From an uncultured Clostridia bacterium (GTDB taxonomy: Bacteria > Bacillota > Clostridia > Christensenellales > UBA1242), in assembly GCA_947588355.1 (NCBI GenBank), contig CANPYI010000004.1, positions 1,244 through 65,243 on the forward strand: a stretch of DNA of 64,000 nucleotides, written 5' to 3'. A program made the translations under genes and the position numbers. The notes under the pieces were generated by a model. The model saw only the letters and a program-made list of their open reading frames with translations. It was not told where the DNA came from and searched no databases. Position 1 is the first letter of the stretch; each line of letters starts with the position of its first letter. Shown here in pieces: positions 1 to 9,497 of this stretch.

Positions 1-81
1 CTCTTCGCCGACCAAAAAATTGACCAAACTGCTTTTGCCGGCATTTGGTCTGCCAAGCACGGCAACATATCCGCACCTCAT
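1..81 (-). CDS. era: GTPase Era, first 27 codons only (gene runs off the left edge)
   Basis: Minus-strand ATG at 81-79 overlaps the ybeY stop (ATGA). Translation MRCGYVAVLGRPNAGKSSLVNFLVGEE has the Era-type P-loop GRPNAGKS. ybeY-era synteny. Confidence 0.8.
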   Translation of the reverse strand, partial: MRCGYVAVLGRPNAGKSSLVNFLVGEE

Positions 82-539
82 CTGTTCACCCCAAACTGGC
101 AAAGTATTTTTTCCGCAGTGCTTTGCATCAACTTTTCATCTTGTTTGTCAATATGGTCATAACCCAAAAGATGCAAGAGTCCATGCAGTGCCAAAAAACA
201 AATCTCACGGTTTGTGCTGTGGCCATATTCCTTTGCCTGAGATTTTGCCTTTTTGTGGCAAATTACAATGTCGCCTAAAAACAAACTGCCATCAACTATT
301 TCATCGGAAAATTCTGTCAAATTTTGTGAGACAGATTTTTGCAAATTAGGAAAAGAAAGCACGTCTGTCACACTGTCTTTTCCGCGAAACTGTGCATTTA
401 AGCAAGCAATCTCGTTTTCCGAGACAAAATTGACAGAAACGTTAACGTTTGAAAAATCTTCGTTCAAAATTTTTCCGGCAAGCTCAAAAAGTTTTGTAAT
501 TTTCTTTTTATATGGAAATATCTTTCCTTCTACAATCAT
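78..539 (-). CDS. ybeY: rRNA maturation endoribonuclease YbeY
   Basis: 153 aa with the metal-binding signature HGLLHLLGYDH; AGGA RBS upstream. Confidence 0.9.
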   Translation of the reverse strand: MIVEGKIFPYKKKITKLFELAGKILNEDFSNVNVSVNFVSENEIACLNAQFRGKDSVTDVLSFPNLQKSVSQNLTEFSDEIVDGSLFLGDIVICHKKAKSQAKEYGHSTNREICFLALHGLLHLLGYDHIDKQDEKLMQSTAEKILCQFGVNR

Positions 540-550
540 TGGTTTTCCTT

Positions 551-1675
551 TTAATATCCTCCAACGTCCTCCTCAGTCACAATGCAAAAATTGACAACGG
601 TCACACCCGAAAGATGACGTAAAGTATAAAATTCTTCTTTTATTTTATCACAATCTTCGCAATTTTCCAACGCTTTTGCTTTGGCTTTTGCAATATATTC
701 ATCTTGCACATCTTCAAATTTACTTTCAATCGTCTTTTGTTGCAATTCGTAATAAATCGTTTTTCGCATTTTAAACGGCAAAAAAAAGTTTTTTGAGAGG
801 TCAATGTCCTCAAATTCCACTTCATACATTTTGAAGTTCATATCTTCTTTGAAAGTGTAGATAGAAAGTCCAAACAACCTTATGTCATCTTGCACGGCGG
901 TTTTTCCTGTGCGATTCACCTCAATAAAAGTTTCATAGTGGTCCACACTTCCCTCGTTGTAAACTTCTGCCAAAATTTGTGCCTTTGCCTCCACTTTTTT
1001 AAGTTGTCCAGAAGTGTCAATGGTGTAAGGCTCAACAAGAACATCTCCTTTTTGCACAATGTCGCCGACTTTAACGCGTAACGTTCCAGAAATAAGTGAA
1101 ATCTGTGTGATTTTTCCGTCTTTTTGTGCAACAAGCGGAGCAAATTGACCATACATTTCTTGCGGCAAAAGTTTTTCTTTGATATTTATCACAAGCGTTT
1201 GTCCCTTTATTATGCAGGAAGCAAAACTTAAGCCCGAAAAGTTGTCCAAAAGACATGTCTCAACTTGTTTTGTGTCAATCTCGCTTTTTTTTGCGGAAAA
1301 ACGCTCTTTAACAAAATCGACAATTTCAAGTTGCGACAACTTGTCCTGTCCAATCACGTCATATTGCAAAATATACTGATTTTGCAGGGCAAATAAAACA
1401 ACAAAAACAACAATGGCAGCGACAAGTCCGTAGGAGGTGAAAATTTTGCTCAATTTGTAAGCAATTCCCTCATGCACAACACTTTCTATTTTCACTCCGC
1501 TGTTTTTGAGTGTTTTTTCTATTTTGGCATGTTCAAAATAAGAGCACTTAAAACTTGTGCTATTTTTTGTATGCCTGTCAATATCAGTAAGAGTGAATTT
1601 TTTGCAAAGTTCGTTTAAAAGTTTTTCTTGATTAAGGCCACAAATATGAAAGGTTGTCAGATTTTTCAGTTTCAT
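551..1675 (-). CDS. yqfD: sporulation protein YqfD
   Basis: 374 aa with a central TM segment (GLVAAIVVFVVLFAL). 4-nt ATGA overlap with yqfC. yqfC-yqfD-ybeY order as in Bacillus/Clostridium. Confidence 0.8.
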   Translation of the reverse strand: MKLKNLTTFHICGLNQEKLLNELCKKFTLTDIDRHTKNSTSFKCSYFEHAKIEKTLKNSGVKIESVVHEGIAYKLSKIFTSYGLVAAIVVFVVLFALQNQYILQYDVIGQDKLSQLEIVDFVKERFSAKKSEIDTKQVETCLLDNFSGLSFASCIIKGQTLVINIKEKLLPQEMYGQFAPLVAQKDGKITQISLISGTLRVKVGDIVQKGDVLVEPYTIDTSGQLKKVEAKAQILAEVYNEGSVDHYETFIEVNRTGKTAVQDDIRLFGLSIYTFKEDMNFKMYEVEFEDIDLSKNFFLPFKMRKTIYYELQQKTIESKFEDVQDEYIAKAKAKALENCEDCDKIKEEFYTLRHLSGVTVVNFCIVTEEDVGGY

Positions 1676-1935
1676 ATTTGCTCCACCTTTTTTATTTGTC
1701 CAACAATCTTTATGGTGTTGTCAGAAAGTTCGGACAAAATCATGTCTTTGCCCTCAACAATAATCACCGATTTTTTCACTTTAAACGAAATAAGTTCCTT
1801 TGAAAGCGTGACAAGTCCAAGATGCCCCTCAACATACAAAAGGTGTCCAGAAAGGTTGATAATATTAAAGCCATTCAAATCCAGCCCTTGCGGATTTTTT
1901 AAATTTTGCTTGACCTCATTTAAAAAATTAAACAT
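1672..1935 (-). CDS. yqfC: sporulation protein YqfC
   Basis: 87-aa ORF translationally coupled to yqfD; size and position fit YqfC. Confidence 0.75.
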   Translation of the reverse strand: MFNFLNEVKQNLKNPQGLDLNGFNIINLSGHLLYVEGHLGLVTLSKELISFKVKKSVIIVEGKDMILSELSDNTIKIVGQIKKVEQI

Positions 1936-1994
1936 ATTTCACCTGTCGAAATATGTATATGGCAATAAATAAGATTTTTGAACATCAAATTTAA

Positions 1995-2018
1995 ATAAAA
2001 AAAGGTCGATTGACCTTT
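1995..2018 (-). terminator. intrinsic terminator after the acidic membrane protein gene
   Basis: Minus strand reads aaaggtc-aatc-gaccttt followed by a T-run immediately after the stop codon. Confidence 0.6.
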
Positions 2019-2634
2019 AATCTTCATCATCAAAATTTTTTCGCGCCAAAATGTCTGTCATCAAAATTTGTTGTGCTTTTGGCGGCAACGATTTTATGAT
2101 TTCGACAATTTCTTCCTCATTTTTTCCCTTCAAAGAATTGTAATCAAAATTTTTGAGTGCTTCCAAATCATCTTGACTTTCCTCAGAATCAGTATCTTTT
2201 TTAACTTGATCTAAAAAATCTCGCATGTCGCTTTCGTCTTCATCAAAATCGTCATCAATATTCAATTTGTTGCGCAAAAAATCTTCATACTCCTTAAATT
2301 TGTTGTCAACATCATCGTCGTCTTGCTCATCTGATTCTTCCTCGTCAGCGTAAGTTTGAAATGGATTTAAATCTATTGAAGAAGGCGGCTTTACAGCAGC
2401 AGGCTCCTCAATTTGCAAGGTATAGTCTTCAAAATTGGCGTCATCTATCTTTTGCGGCTTAATTTCCTGCACTTCTGTTTGCTCGGTTTGTTTGCCCTCG
2501 TCTTGTTGATTTTTCAATTCTTTTTCAAGCAAAATTTGTTGCTTTTTCTTTATTTTTTTGTCTCTGACAACAAAAAAGACAATAGCACAAATGCACAAAA
2601 ACACAATCACAGAAACATATATTGCTATATACAT
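2017..2634 (-). CDS. hypothetical single-pass membrane protein with an extremely acidic tail
   Basis: ORF 2017..2658; the likely start is the internal Met (MYIAIYVSVIVFLCICAIVFFVV) behind a GGTGG-like RBS. The remainder is D/E-rich (DDDFDEDESD, EEESDEQDDDDVD). Directly downstream of floA. Confidence 0.6.
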   Translation of the reverse strand: MYIAIYVSVIVFLCICAIVFFVVRDKKIKKKQQILLEKELKNQQDEGKQTEQTEVQEIKPQKIDDANFEDYTLQIEEPAAVKPPSSIDLNPFQTYADEEESDEQDDDDVDNKFKEYEDFLRNKLNIDDDFDEDESDMRDFLDQVKKDTDSEESQDDLEALKNFDYNSLKGKNEEEIVEIIKSLPPKAQQILMTDILARKNFDDED

Positions 2635-2654
2635 TTTGCCACCTGCCTTTTTCC

Positions 2655-3650
2655 TCAAAAATCAAAGTTGTCGGGAGTTTTGTTGTCGGTGCCGATCAAA
2701 TGCCTACGCATTTCGGTGTCGGCCTTAAGGTTTTCCATCTTGTAGTAGTCCACCACATCTTTCATTTTGCCATCATTTATCGCATTTATAACAGCATTTT
2801 GCACTTCAAGTTCGTTTTCAATCAACTTTGTGCGCATCGCTTCCGTTTTTGCTTTGTTTTCCTGCTCCAGTGCAACTGCAATCTGTCTGCGATGTTCCAA
2901 TTGATTGCTTTGAATGATATTTTCTTTTTCAATCTGCTCTTTTTCCACAACAAGCCCTCTGTTGTTTCCAAGGTCGATATGTATGACATCTGCCGAAACG
3001 AGTTCATATTTACAGTCCTCGTCCACTGCGGCATCAAAAATAGCCTTGTCCACAAGTTCCGGCCTTGCCACCAAGTCACTTCCTCTGGAGGTGTTGGCGA
3101 TTTTTGTGACAACTGCCTCAATCGCCCTTGCCGAAACAGTGTCCTCAGTTGTGCCGCGTAAAAAATTTTCCAAATTCACCTTAAGTGTCAGCGAAATTTT
3201 CACGTTCACTTCAAAATTGTCTTGAGCAACCGACGTGATAAGTGGCAACTCAATAGTTTTCGGGTCAATACAATCTCTGACCACACTCAAAATGTCTCTG
3301 CCGGAAATATCCACCGCTTTGGCAAAGTCAAAATCAAAATCAAGTTTGGCGGATTTTGAGGCGTTCAAGCCCTCAACGATTTTTGTTGGATGTCCGCCAC
3401 TTGTCCAAACAATTTCAAGGTCAAAAAGTGTGATTCCCAAATGACTTTTCTTTGCCAAGATGTATGCCGACAAAACCTCTGTCACGTCAACCTTGCGAAG
3501 CCTCATAGATATCAGTTTAAATGCTCCAACATAGCAGCCCGAAAACAAGGCCGTAAAATACGCATGGCACGGCAACAGCACAAAAAACACAATTGCCAAA
3601 ATCAAAGCCAAGCCACCAAAAACAACACCAACCACCGCTCCGGCACTCAT
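2655..3650 (-). CDS. floA: flotillin-like protein FloA (YqfA/UPF0365, SPFH domain)
   Basis: 331 aa with an N-terminal hydrophobic hairpin followed by an SPFH-like body; length and sequence pattern typical of FloA. GGAG RBS. Confidence 0.85.
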   Translation of the reverse strand: MSAGAVVGVVFGGLALILAIVFFVLLPCHAYFTALFSGCYVGAFKLISMRLRKVDVTEVLSAYILAKKSHLGITLFDLEIVWTSGGHPTKIVEGLNASKSAKLDFDFDFAKAVDISGRDILSVVRDCIDPKTIELPLITSVAQDNFEVNVKISLTLKVNLENFLRGTTEDTVSARAIEAVVTKIANTSRGSDLVARPELVDKAIFDAAVDEDCKYELVSADVIHIDLGNNRGLVVEKEQIEKENIIQSNQLEHRRQIAVALEQENKAKTEAMRTKLIENELEVQNAVINAINDGKMKDVVDYYKMENLKADTEMRRHLIGTDNKTPDNFDF

Positions 3651-3738
3651 AAAACACTCCTTTTCTGAGGATTATACCACAGTTTTTTGCACATTTCAAG
3701 ATGCCTTACAAAAAAAGATGCCAAAAGGCACCAATTTT

Positions 3739-5736
3739 TTATTTATAACTTGCAAGAAACGCTCTTATACCAACTTTAAAGTTGTAGTTTGTATTCATTT
3801 CGCCACTTGTTTTGTGAACAAGGAAGTAAACCTCCAAGTAATCGCAATTGTGTTCCAAGCCCCAGCACTTGTAACTGTTGTCTGCAGTGTCACCAACCTG
3901 ACCGTAAAGCGAACCAAATGTGCCATAAGCCGAATTGTTTGGCTTGTAATAGTTTCTTGCCGCGTTTGTGCCGGTTATCATCATGGAAATAGGATAGTTC
4001 AAAGCCCCTGCCCGAATTGGCGGCTCATTGACAAACTTAGTTTTCATTTTCAAGTCTTTTGGCATAGGCAAATCGACGGCTGATTGATCGTCAGAATTGT
4101 CAATAATAAGCCATGTTTCATCTGGAGAGTCAGCATTGTTCACTTCGTTGTATTTTCCGCGTTTGACGGACTTTTCAGTTTGAACATCAACCGTATAGTC
4201 CTTTGCTTCATGGTCATAATATCGCAGTCCAACGGTCAAATCAAGTTGGTCAAGCATAACCTGATTCAGCGGGTTTTCGTTGTATTCAAATGCCAAAATA
4301 AGAGTTCCTAATGCCTCCCCAATATCTTTGTCTTGTGGAAAGAAAATCATGCTTTGATACTCACCAAGTGGAACATGGTCAAGCGCATGAGCATCATTGT
4401 CATCATCATTCAGCATAAAAGTGTTGTTTGGAAAATCGGTGATTTCAGATGCCATGTATGCCTGTCCAAGTTTGACCGTTTCATTGCTGGTCTCATCAAA
4501 GCCAATCGGTGCTTGCTCGCAGGCATAGTCGATGATGTTTTTTATCACTTGGTCATAGTTTCGGTTGAATGTTTGTGACTCAGTTTCTTTTGTACTGCCG
4601 GTTGTGGTTGTAGTCGTAACCGTAAACTTTCCTTCCTTGTTTGTGTCGCCTTCCAAGAATGCACCGTCGCCAATAACCTCATCTTTGATAAATCTTGCAA
4701 CTTTGCCCTTGATTTCCTCAGTTACACCCACGATATTGCCATTTTTCTTGTAAAATTCCTTTGCAAAACCCAAAGCATCTTCCACAGAAATATTTGCCAC
4801 TGCATTTTCAAAATTCATAGTTCCATCGGCGTTCCAGCCGGCAACTTTCATTCCCGTAATGCCCTCTGTGTCTGTTTCAGTGAAGGCAAACTTAAACAAA
4901 TTTGGCACAACAGTTGTTGCCACATCTTCGCCTTTGCTCATATAGTCAAATCCCAGCACAAACATGTATGTTGCATATTCCAACGCATCTTGGAAAAAGT
5001 TTGAGCCTGTTTGTCCATAGTCTTTGTAAGGTGAAGTGAAATACTGTGTGACAGTATCGTTTTTGATTTCATCTCCAACATAAAATTCAGAGAATGAAGG
5101 AAGATATTGTCCATTACTATACATTTCAGTCCAATTAGAGTTATTTTGTAAAAAAACACTTGTTACATTGATTTTTATTGTATTTTTATTTTCGTTTTCA
5201 ATTATTTCAACCCAATTATCATGTTCTTTGGCAAGATTCTTAAAAAAGTACCCTGCCTTTGCAACCGATGTAAACGGAGAAATTGTCCATTTCCAAGAAT
5301 TTATATTTAAGCCAAGTACAACTTCTGTCGTGTTTCTTTCTTCATCTTTAGTCTCATCAACATTTGAGATCGTATATCTTAAACTGTCGTAAAAATAATA
5401 TTTTTCGGGTCCTTGTGCATCTTTTAAGTTTAGAGTTTTTGTATCTAAATTGGAGATATCGTAATTGTATAATAGTCCAGAACCTGACATGTTTTCATAA
5501 ACAAGATATAAATTATTTAACACATTCGCTGCAAAAATATTGTAATAGTTTTCTGATGCATTGTCTCCAACAATCTCCCCTATATTGTCAAAATAGTCTG
5601 CCGGTCGTGTAAGCACCTTCACTCCATCAAATGCTTTGACAGAAACACCATTGTCCTCCAAAACATTATTGCAACCTACAAGAAACAACATCAAAAAACA
5701 TAAAACAACAGACAAAAATCTTTTTTTGTTTTTCAT
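3739..5736 (-). CDS. large lipoprotein, unknown function
   Basis: Signal peptide plus lipobox MKNKKRFLSVVLCFLMLFLVGC at the internal Met of ORF 3739..5856. N/T/Y-rich extracellular body. Confidence 0.7.
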   Translation of the reverse strand: MKNKKRFLSVVLCFLMLFLVGCNNVLEDNGVSVKAFDGVKVLTRPADYFDNIGEIVGDNASENYYNIFAANVLNNLYLVYENMSGSGLLYNYDISNLDTKTLNLKDAQGPEKYYFYDSLRYTISNVDETKDEERNTTEVVLGLNINSWKWTISPFTSVAKAGYFFKNLAKEHDNWVEIIENENKNTIKINVTSVFLQNNSNWTEMYSNGQYLPSFSEFYVGDEIKNDTVTQYFTSPYKDYGQTGSNFFQDALEYATYMFVLGFDYMSKGEDVATTVVPNLFKFAFTETDTEGITGMKVAGWNADGTMNFENAVANISVEDALGFAKEFYKKNGNIVGVTEEIKGKVARFIKDEVIGDGAFLEGDTNKEGKFTVTTTTTTGSTKETESQTFNRNYDQVIKNIIDYACEQAPIGFDETSNETVKLGQAYMASEITDFPNNTFMLNDDDNDAHALDHVPLGEYQSMIFFPQDKDIGEALGTLILAFEYNENPLNQVMLDQLDLTVGLRYYDHEAKDYTVDVQTEKSVKRGKYNEVNNADSPDETWLIIDNSDDQSAVDLPMPKDLKMKTKFVNEPPIRAGALNYPISMMITGTNAARNYYKPNNSAYGTFGSLYGQVGDTADNSYKCWGLEHNCDYLEVYFLVHKTSGEMNTNYNFKVGIRAFLASYK

Positions 5737-5803
5737 ACTTATAATATAACACATTTCAACAAAAAAAAACAAGGAATTTGTCACAATTCCTTGTTTGTGT
5801 AAT

Positions 5804-7282
5804 TTACAACGATTTTGTTTCGTTTTTATGAAAATCATCTTTATATAAAACAGCATTTTCTTTGCTCATGTCTTCAATTTCACATTTTTGAACAAGCCAG
5901 TTGCTTTGATTATTGTTTAACACGTTTGTTTTGCCGTTTTCAACACGGTCAGTTGAAGAACATACATTTGCTTTGACTAATTTGTATTCATCATTCACCT
6001 TAACAATCATTGTAACATCAAATGTGGCATAATTACCTATATCATAACCGGCAGTTAACTTAGTCAAAGGTCCAATCCCACCAAAAACAACATCTCCATT
6101 TGTGAGTTCATTATATTTCACGACACCCATATCATGTTGCACACCGTAAGGTTGGATACCAATTTTATACAATCTATCTACTATATTTTGTGCAAGAATG
6201 GCAAATTCTTTTTCCTCATCTTCAGTTGCATCAATTCCCGTGGCATAATCTAAAAGTGTGGCATCACCATCTTTTGATATAGGCCACTCGTTATTATTTA
6301 AAAATTCTAACAAATCTTTCTTACTAAACTTAGTATTAAATTGTTTTAAATGTCTCGGATTAATTTTAAAAGTTTGGAAGCAATTTGTCTCACCATCACT
6401 CATATAAGCATCAAAATACAAGTTGTCTGTATATCGAACTCCAATAAGTTTCTTCATAGGAACTTTTCTACCACCGATTGCGAAATAATTATCCGCCGTC
6501 ATCCAATTTTCAATCGTATCTGCGATAAGTTTCACGTTCCAAATGCGTTCGCCGTTAACTTCGGTGTAAAGCAAGTCGCTTTGCTCAACAACTTGGTCAT
6601 TTATCTTTTCATTCGGGATTGTCACAGTTGTGCTGCCAACATGGTCGAGCGAAATTTCACGCACGGTGGTGCCTAAAAGTGTATCTTTCACCTTGACTTG
6701 AGCATTGTTGCCGGACATGCGAAAATCCACATTAAATTTTTTGTTGTCAATTGTTGCGTTTCCAAGCAAGTCGCCGTTTGCTTCAAGTTCTGTCCAATTT
6801 ACTGAATCCACGATATTTTTTGCGGAGTTTATCATGTCGTTAATGCTGAAGTCAGAAATTTCTTTGTCCCAGCCATTGCCGTTTGGAGTGTAAGAAAAAG
6901 TTTTTCCATCTGCTGTTGATTCATAAAAAACGGTTGTGCCTTTATCCTGGACTTTGACTTTTGAATTGTCAACTTCGATAATCTTCTTTAAAATTGTTTG
7001 CTCGGTGTAAGTGAAGTTTTTGCCGTCCGCAATCTCGTTAAATTTGTTTTTCAAATTTGCAACAGCATTGTTCAGTTTCTCAGTTTTATCGGTTGAGCCA
7101 GAGTCAACAGAAGGGCATGACGAGTCATTTGGACCTGTCACCGATTCATTTGGATTAACAGTCGATGGATTTTCACCAGAAGGTGTTTTTTCCTTGTTGC
7201 AACCAACCAAGCCAAAAGCAACAGATGTTGAAATCGCCGCACTCAAACCCAAAGTCAAAAGTTTTTTCAAAGTTTTTTTCAT
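5804..7282 (-). CDS. lipoprotein, unknown function
   Basis: Internal Met with GGAGG RBS. MKKTLKKLLTLGLSAAISTSVAFGLVGC lipobox, then an S/T/P/N-rich linker. Confidence 0.7.
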   Translation of the reverse strand: MKKTLKKLLTLGLSAAISTSVAFGLVGCNKEKTPSGENPSTVNPNESVTGPNDSSCPSVDSGSTDKTEKLNNAVANLKNKFNEIADGKNFTYTEQTILKKIIEVDNSKVKVQDKGTTVFYESTADGKTFSYTPNGNGWDKEISDFSINDMINSAKNIVDSVNWTELEANGDLLGNATIDNKKFNVDFRMSGNNAQVKVKDTLLGTTVREISLDHVGSTTVTIPNEKINDQVVEQSDLLYTEVNGERIWNVKLIADTIENWMTADNYFAIGGRKVPMKKLIGVRYTDNLYFDAYMSDGETNCFQTFKINPRHLKQFNTKFSKKDLLEFLNNNEWPISKDGDATLLDYATGIDATEDEEKEFAILAQNIVDRLYKIGIQPYGVQHDMGVVKYNELTNGDVVFGGIGPLTKLTAGYDIGNYATFDVTMIVKVNDEYKLVKANVCSSTDRVENGKTNVLNNNQSNWLVQKCEIEDMSKENAVLYKDDFHKNETKSL

Positions 7283-7391
7283 AACTCCTCCGTATTTATC
7301 GAGAACATATTCATAATAAATTATATCACACAAATTTGTGTTTTGCAATATCAGAAACAAAAATTTTGAGAAAAATTGCAAAATTTTACAA

Positions 7392-8237
7392 TTATTCGAC
7401 TCCCGAACGCATGAAATAGAAAAGATATTGTTGCGCATAGCCTGACAAAAATCCAAACTCGCCGGTCAAAATGTGGCGTATTTTTTCGCGATTTAAGGGC
7501 CTGTTTTCAAATTGCTTGCCGTAATATTTGAAAAACATTTTTTCTATCCAAGTGTCAACAGGAAACACATCTTTTCTGCCAAAGCCAAACAAAAGCACGC
7601 AATCTGCCACCTTTGGACCAATGCCAGCAAGAGCAATGAGATTTTTGCGAAGTTCGGCTGTTGGCAAGTCGCTCCAATCGTGCAAAGTTTTTTCGTCTAT
7701 CTGCCTGAGCACTTTCCAAAGATATGGTGCCCGATATCCCGCCCCCAACTGAGCAAAATCTTCTGCCGAAGCGCCAAGCAACTGCTCGCGGGTTGGAAAC
7801 GCATAAAAATTGCCAATTTTTGTGCCATATTTTTCACGAATTCTGCCCAAAATCAACTGGATTCGTTTGATATTGTTGTTTGCTGAAACAATAAACGAGA
7901 TGAGCGTTTCAAACAAATCTTGCTTCAAAATTCTTATACCGTGACCGAACAAAATAGGCTTTTTCAATATTTCAAATTCGGACAACTTTTGTTTTATTTT
8001 TCCGTAATCAGTTTTCAAATCAAAAAAAATTTCAAAATAGGTTGTGTCATTGGTCAAAATCAAAAAGCCGTTTTCATTTTCCTCGATTTTTGCGAATTTG
8101 TCTTTGGAAAAAACTTCCCAAGTATCTTCATTCTTTTTATATGAAAAAATTTGGCCGCATTCCAATATATCCGCCGGCAAAAAGTCGTCTTTGCCAAAAA
8201 TCTGTATGTATTTGTCCGTCTTAATTTGGTATTTCAT
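7392..8237 (-). CDS. ogg: 8-oxoguanine DNA glycosylase / HhH-GPD family base-excision enzyme
   Basis: HhH-GPD motif LIALAGIGPKVADCVLLFGFGRKDVFPVD with an N-terminal OGG-like extension. Confidence 0.75.
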   Translation of the reverse strand: MKYQIKTDKYIQIFGKDDFLPADILECGQIFSYKKNEDTWEVFSKDKFAKIEENENGFLILTNDTTYFEIFFDLKTDYGKIKQKLSEFEILKKPILFGHGIRILKQDLFETLISFIVSANNNIKRIQLILGRIREKYGTKIGNFYAFPTREQLLGASAEDFAQLGAGYRAPYLWKVLRQIDEKTLHDWSDLPTAELRKNLIALAGIGPKVADCVLLFGFGRKDVFPVDTWIEKMFFKYYGKQFENRPLNREKIRHILTGEFGFLSGYAQQYLFYFMRSGVE

Positions 8238-8304
8238 GGCTATATGATATCATTTTCGGTCAATAAAATCAAGTGAAAACTTGCACACTTTTGCATGCCT
8301 AAAA

Positions 8305-8332
8305 ACAAAAAAAAGAGACGTTGACCGCCTCT
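8305..8332 (-). terminator. intrinsic terminator after rpmA
   Basis: Minus strand: gaggcg-gtcaa-cgtctc followed by T8, starting at the rpmA stop. Confidence 0.5.
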
Positions 8333-8607
8333 TATTCTGCAACAACAGAAACAACATTCTTGCCATTGCTCTTTTCAAAAACAACTTTGCCGTCCTTGAG
8401 TGCAAATAAAGTGTAGTCTTTTCCCAAACCTACGTTTGTGCCCGGATAAACCCTTGTGCCACGTTGGCGAACAATGATTGAGCCGGCTGTCACAAATTCT
8501 CCTGCATAGGATTTGACGCCAAGACGTTTGCTTTGGCTGTCGCGACCGTTTTTGGTGCTTCCGCCACCCTTTTTATGAGCAAAAAGTTGAATATCAAACA
8601 ATATCAT
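8332..8607 (-). CDS. rpmA: 50S ribosomal protein L27 (with cleavable N-terminal extension)
   Basis: [32 protein letters not shown]; canonical L27 core preceded by a Prp-cleaved propeptide. Confidence 0.95.
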   Translation of the reverse strand: MILFDIQLFAHKKGGGSTKNGRDSQSKRLGVKSYAGEFVTAGSIIVRQRGTRVYPGTNVGLGKDYTLFALKDGKVVFEKSNGKNVVSVVAE

Positions 8608-8923
8608 CTTTTCTGACCTCCAATTTTACATTTTTTGCGTAATCTTTTGCCAAATTTTCAAAAGTTTTTTCCATTGCCACAAGAATTGTCTGTGCGCCCT
8701 CGCATTCTGCCCCTTCCAAAATCTTGAAAGACAAAAAGCCTTCGCGCTGCTCAACTTCAACAGAAAGCCCAAGCACCTGTTCGATTCCGATCAACGCCAT
8801 CTGAGACGCCGTTGAAACTGCCGAACAAACGATATCTTGACCCTTGTCTGCGTAGCAACTGTGACCTTTGATTTGACAAGCGTAAATCACGCCATTTTTT
8901 TTAAACAAAAATATTTTTGTCAT
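8594..8923 (-). CDS. prp: ribosomal-processing cysteine protease Prp
   Basis: 109-aa ORF between rplU and rpmA, the conserved Firmicute arrangement. GHS...C residues present. Confidence 0.85.
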   Translation of the reverse strand: MTKIFLFKKNGVIYACQIKGHSCYADKGQDIVCSAVSTASQMALIGIEQVLGLSVEVEQREGFLSFKILEGAECEGAQTILVAMEKTFENLAKDYAKNVKLEVRKDDIV

Positions 8924-8925
8924 AA

Positions 8926-9234
8926 TTACATCTTTATTGAAACGATTTTGATTTCAGTCCAAGGCTGTCTGTGACCTTGTTTTGTGCGTTCGTTTTTCTT
9001 TGGCTTGTATTTGAAAACAACGATTTTTTCGCCTTTGCCATGTGAAAGCACTTCTGCCACAACCTCGGCTGTTTTTACAAGTGGAGAACCTGCAACAGTT
9101 TTTGTGCCGTCAGACACAAGCAAAACATCAAGTTTCACTTTGTCGCCAACAGGATTGGAAAGTTTTTCAACTTTCAACACATCGTTTTCGGTGACATTGT
9201 ACTGTTTTCCACCAGTTTGAACAACTGCAAACAT
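8926..9234 (-). CDS. rplU: 50S ribosomal protein L21
   Basis: Internal start [12 protein letters not shown] behind AGAGGAGG RBS. The annotated ORF 8926..9303 is over-extended. Confidence 0.95.
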   Translation of the reverse strand: MFAVVQTGGKQYNVTENDVLKVEKLSNPVGDKVKLDVLLVSDGTKTVAGSPLVKTAEVVAEVLSHGKGEKIVVFKYKPKKNERTKQGHRQPWTEIKIVSIKM

Positions 9235-9348
9235 AACTTTACCTCCTCTAACCAAACTCGCTGTGAAATCATAGGTGAGCATCACATGATGCTTGTTATC
9301 CAACGGATAAACTACTTAAAAAACCCGACACATGCGGATACGTGACCA

Positions 9349-9377
9349 ATTATACAATAAACAAATCCCTTTGTCAA
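9349..9377 (-). promoter_or_regulatory. sigma-A type promoter of rplU-prp-rpmA
   Basis: Minus strand TTGACA-17 nt-TATAAT, both hexamers consensus; gives a ~110-nt leader. Confidence 0.65.
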
Positions 9378-9497
9378 GAGATTTGAACGAAATTTGCTGA
9401 AATGTAGTCATTTTTTCAAAATTAACGGTTCTGCATTTTTTAACTTGATTTTAAACAAACCGCTCGACAAAAAAAGCCTGCAAATGCTATATAAGCC

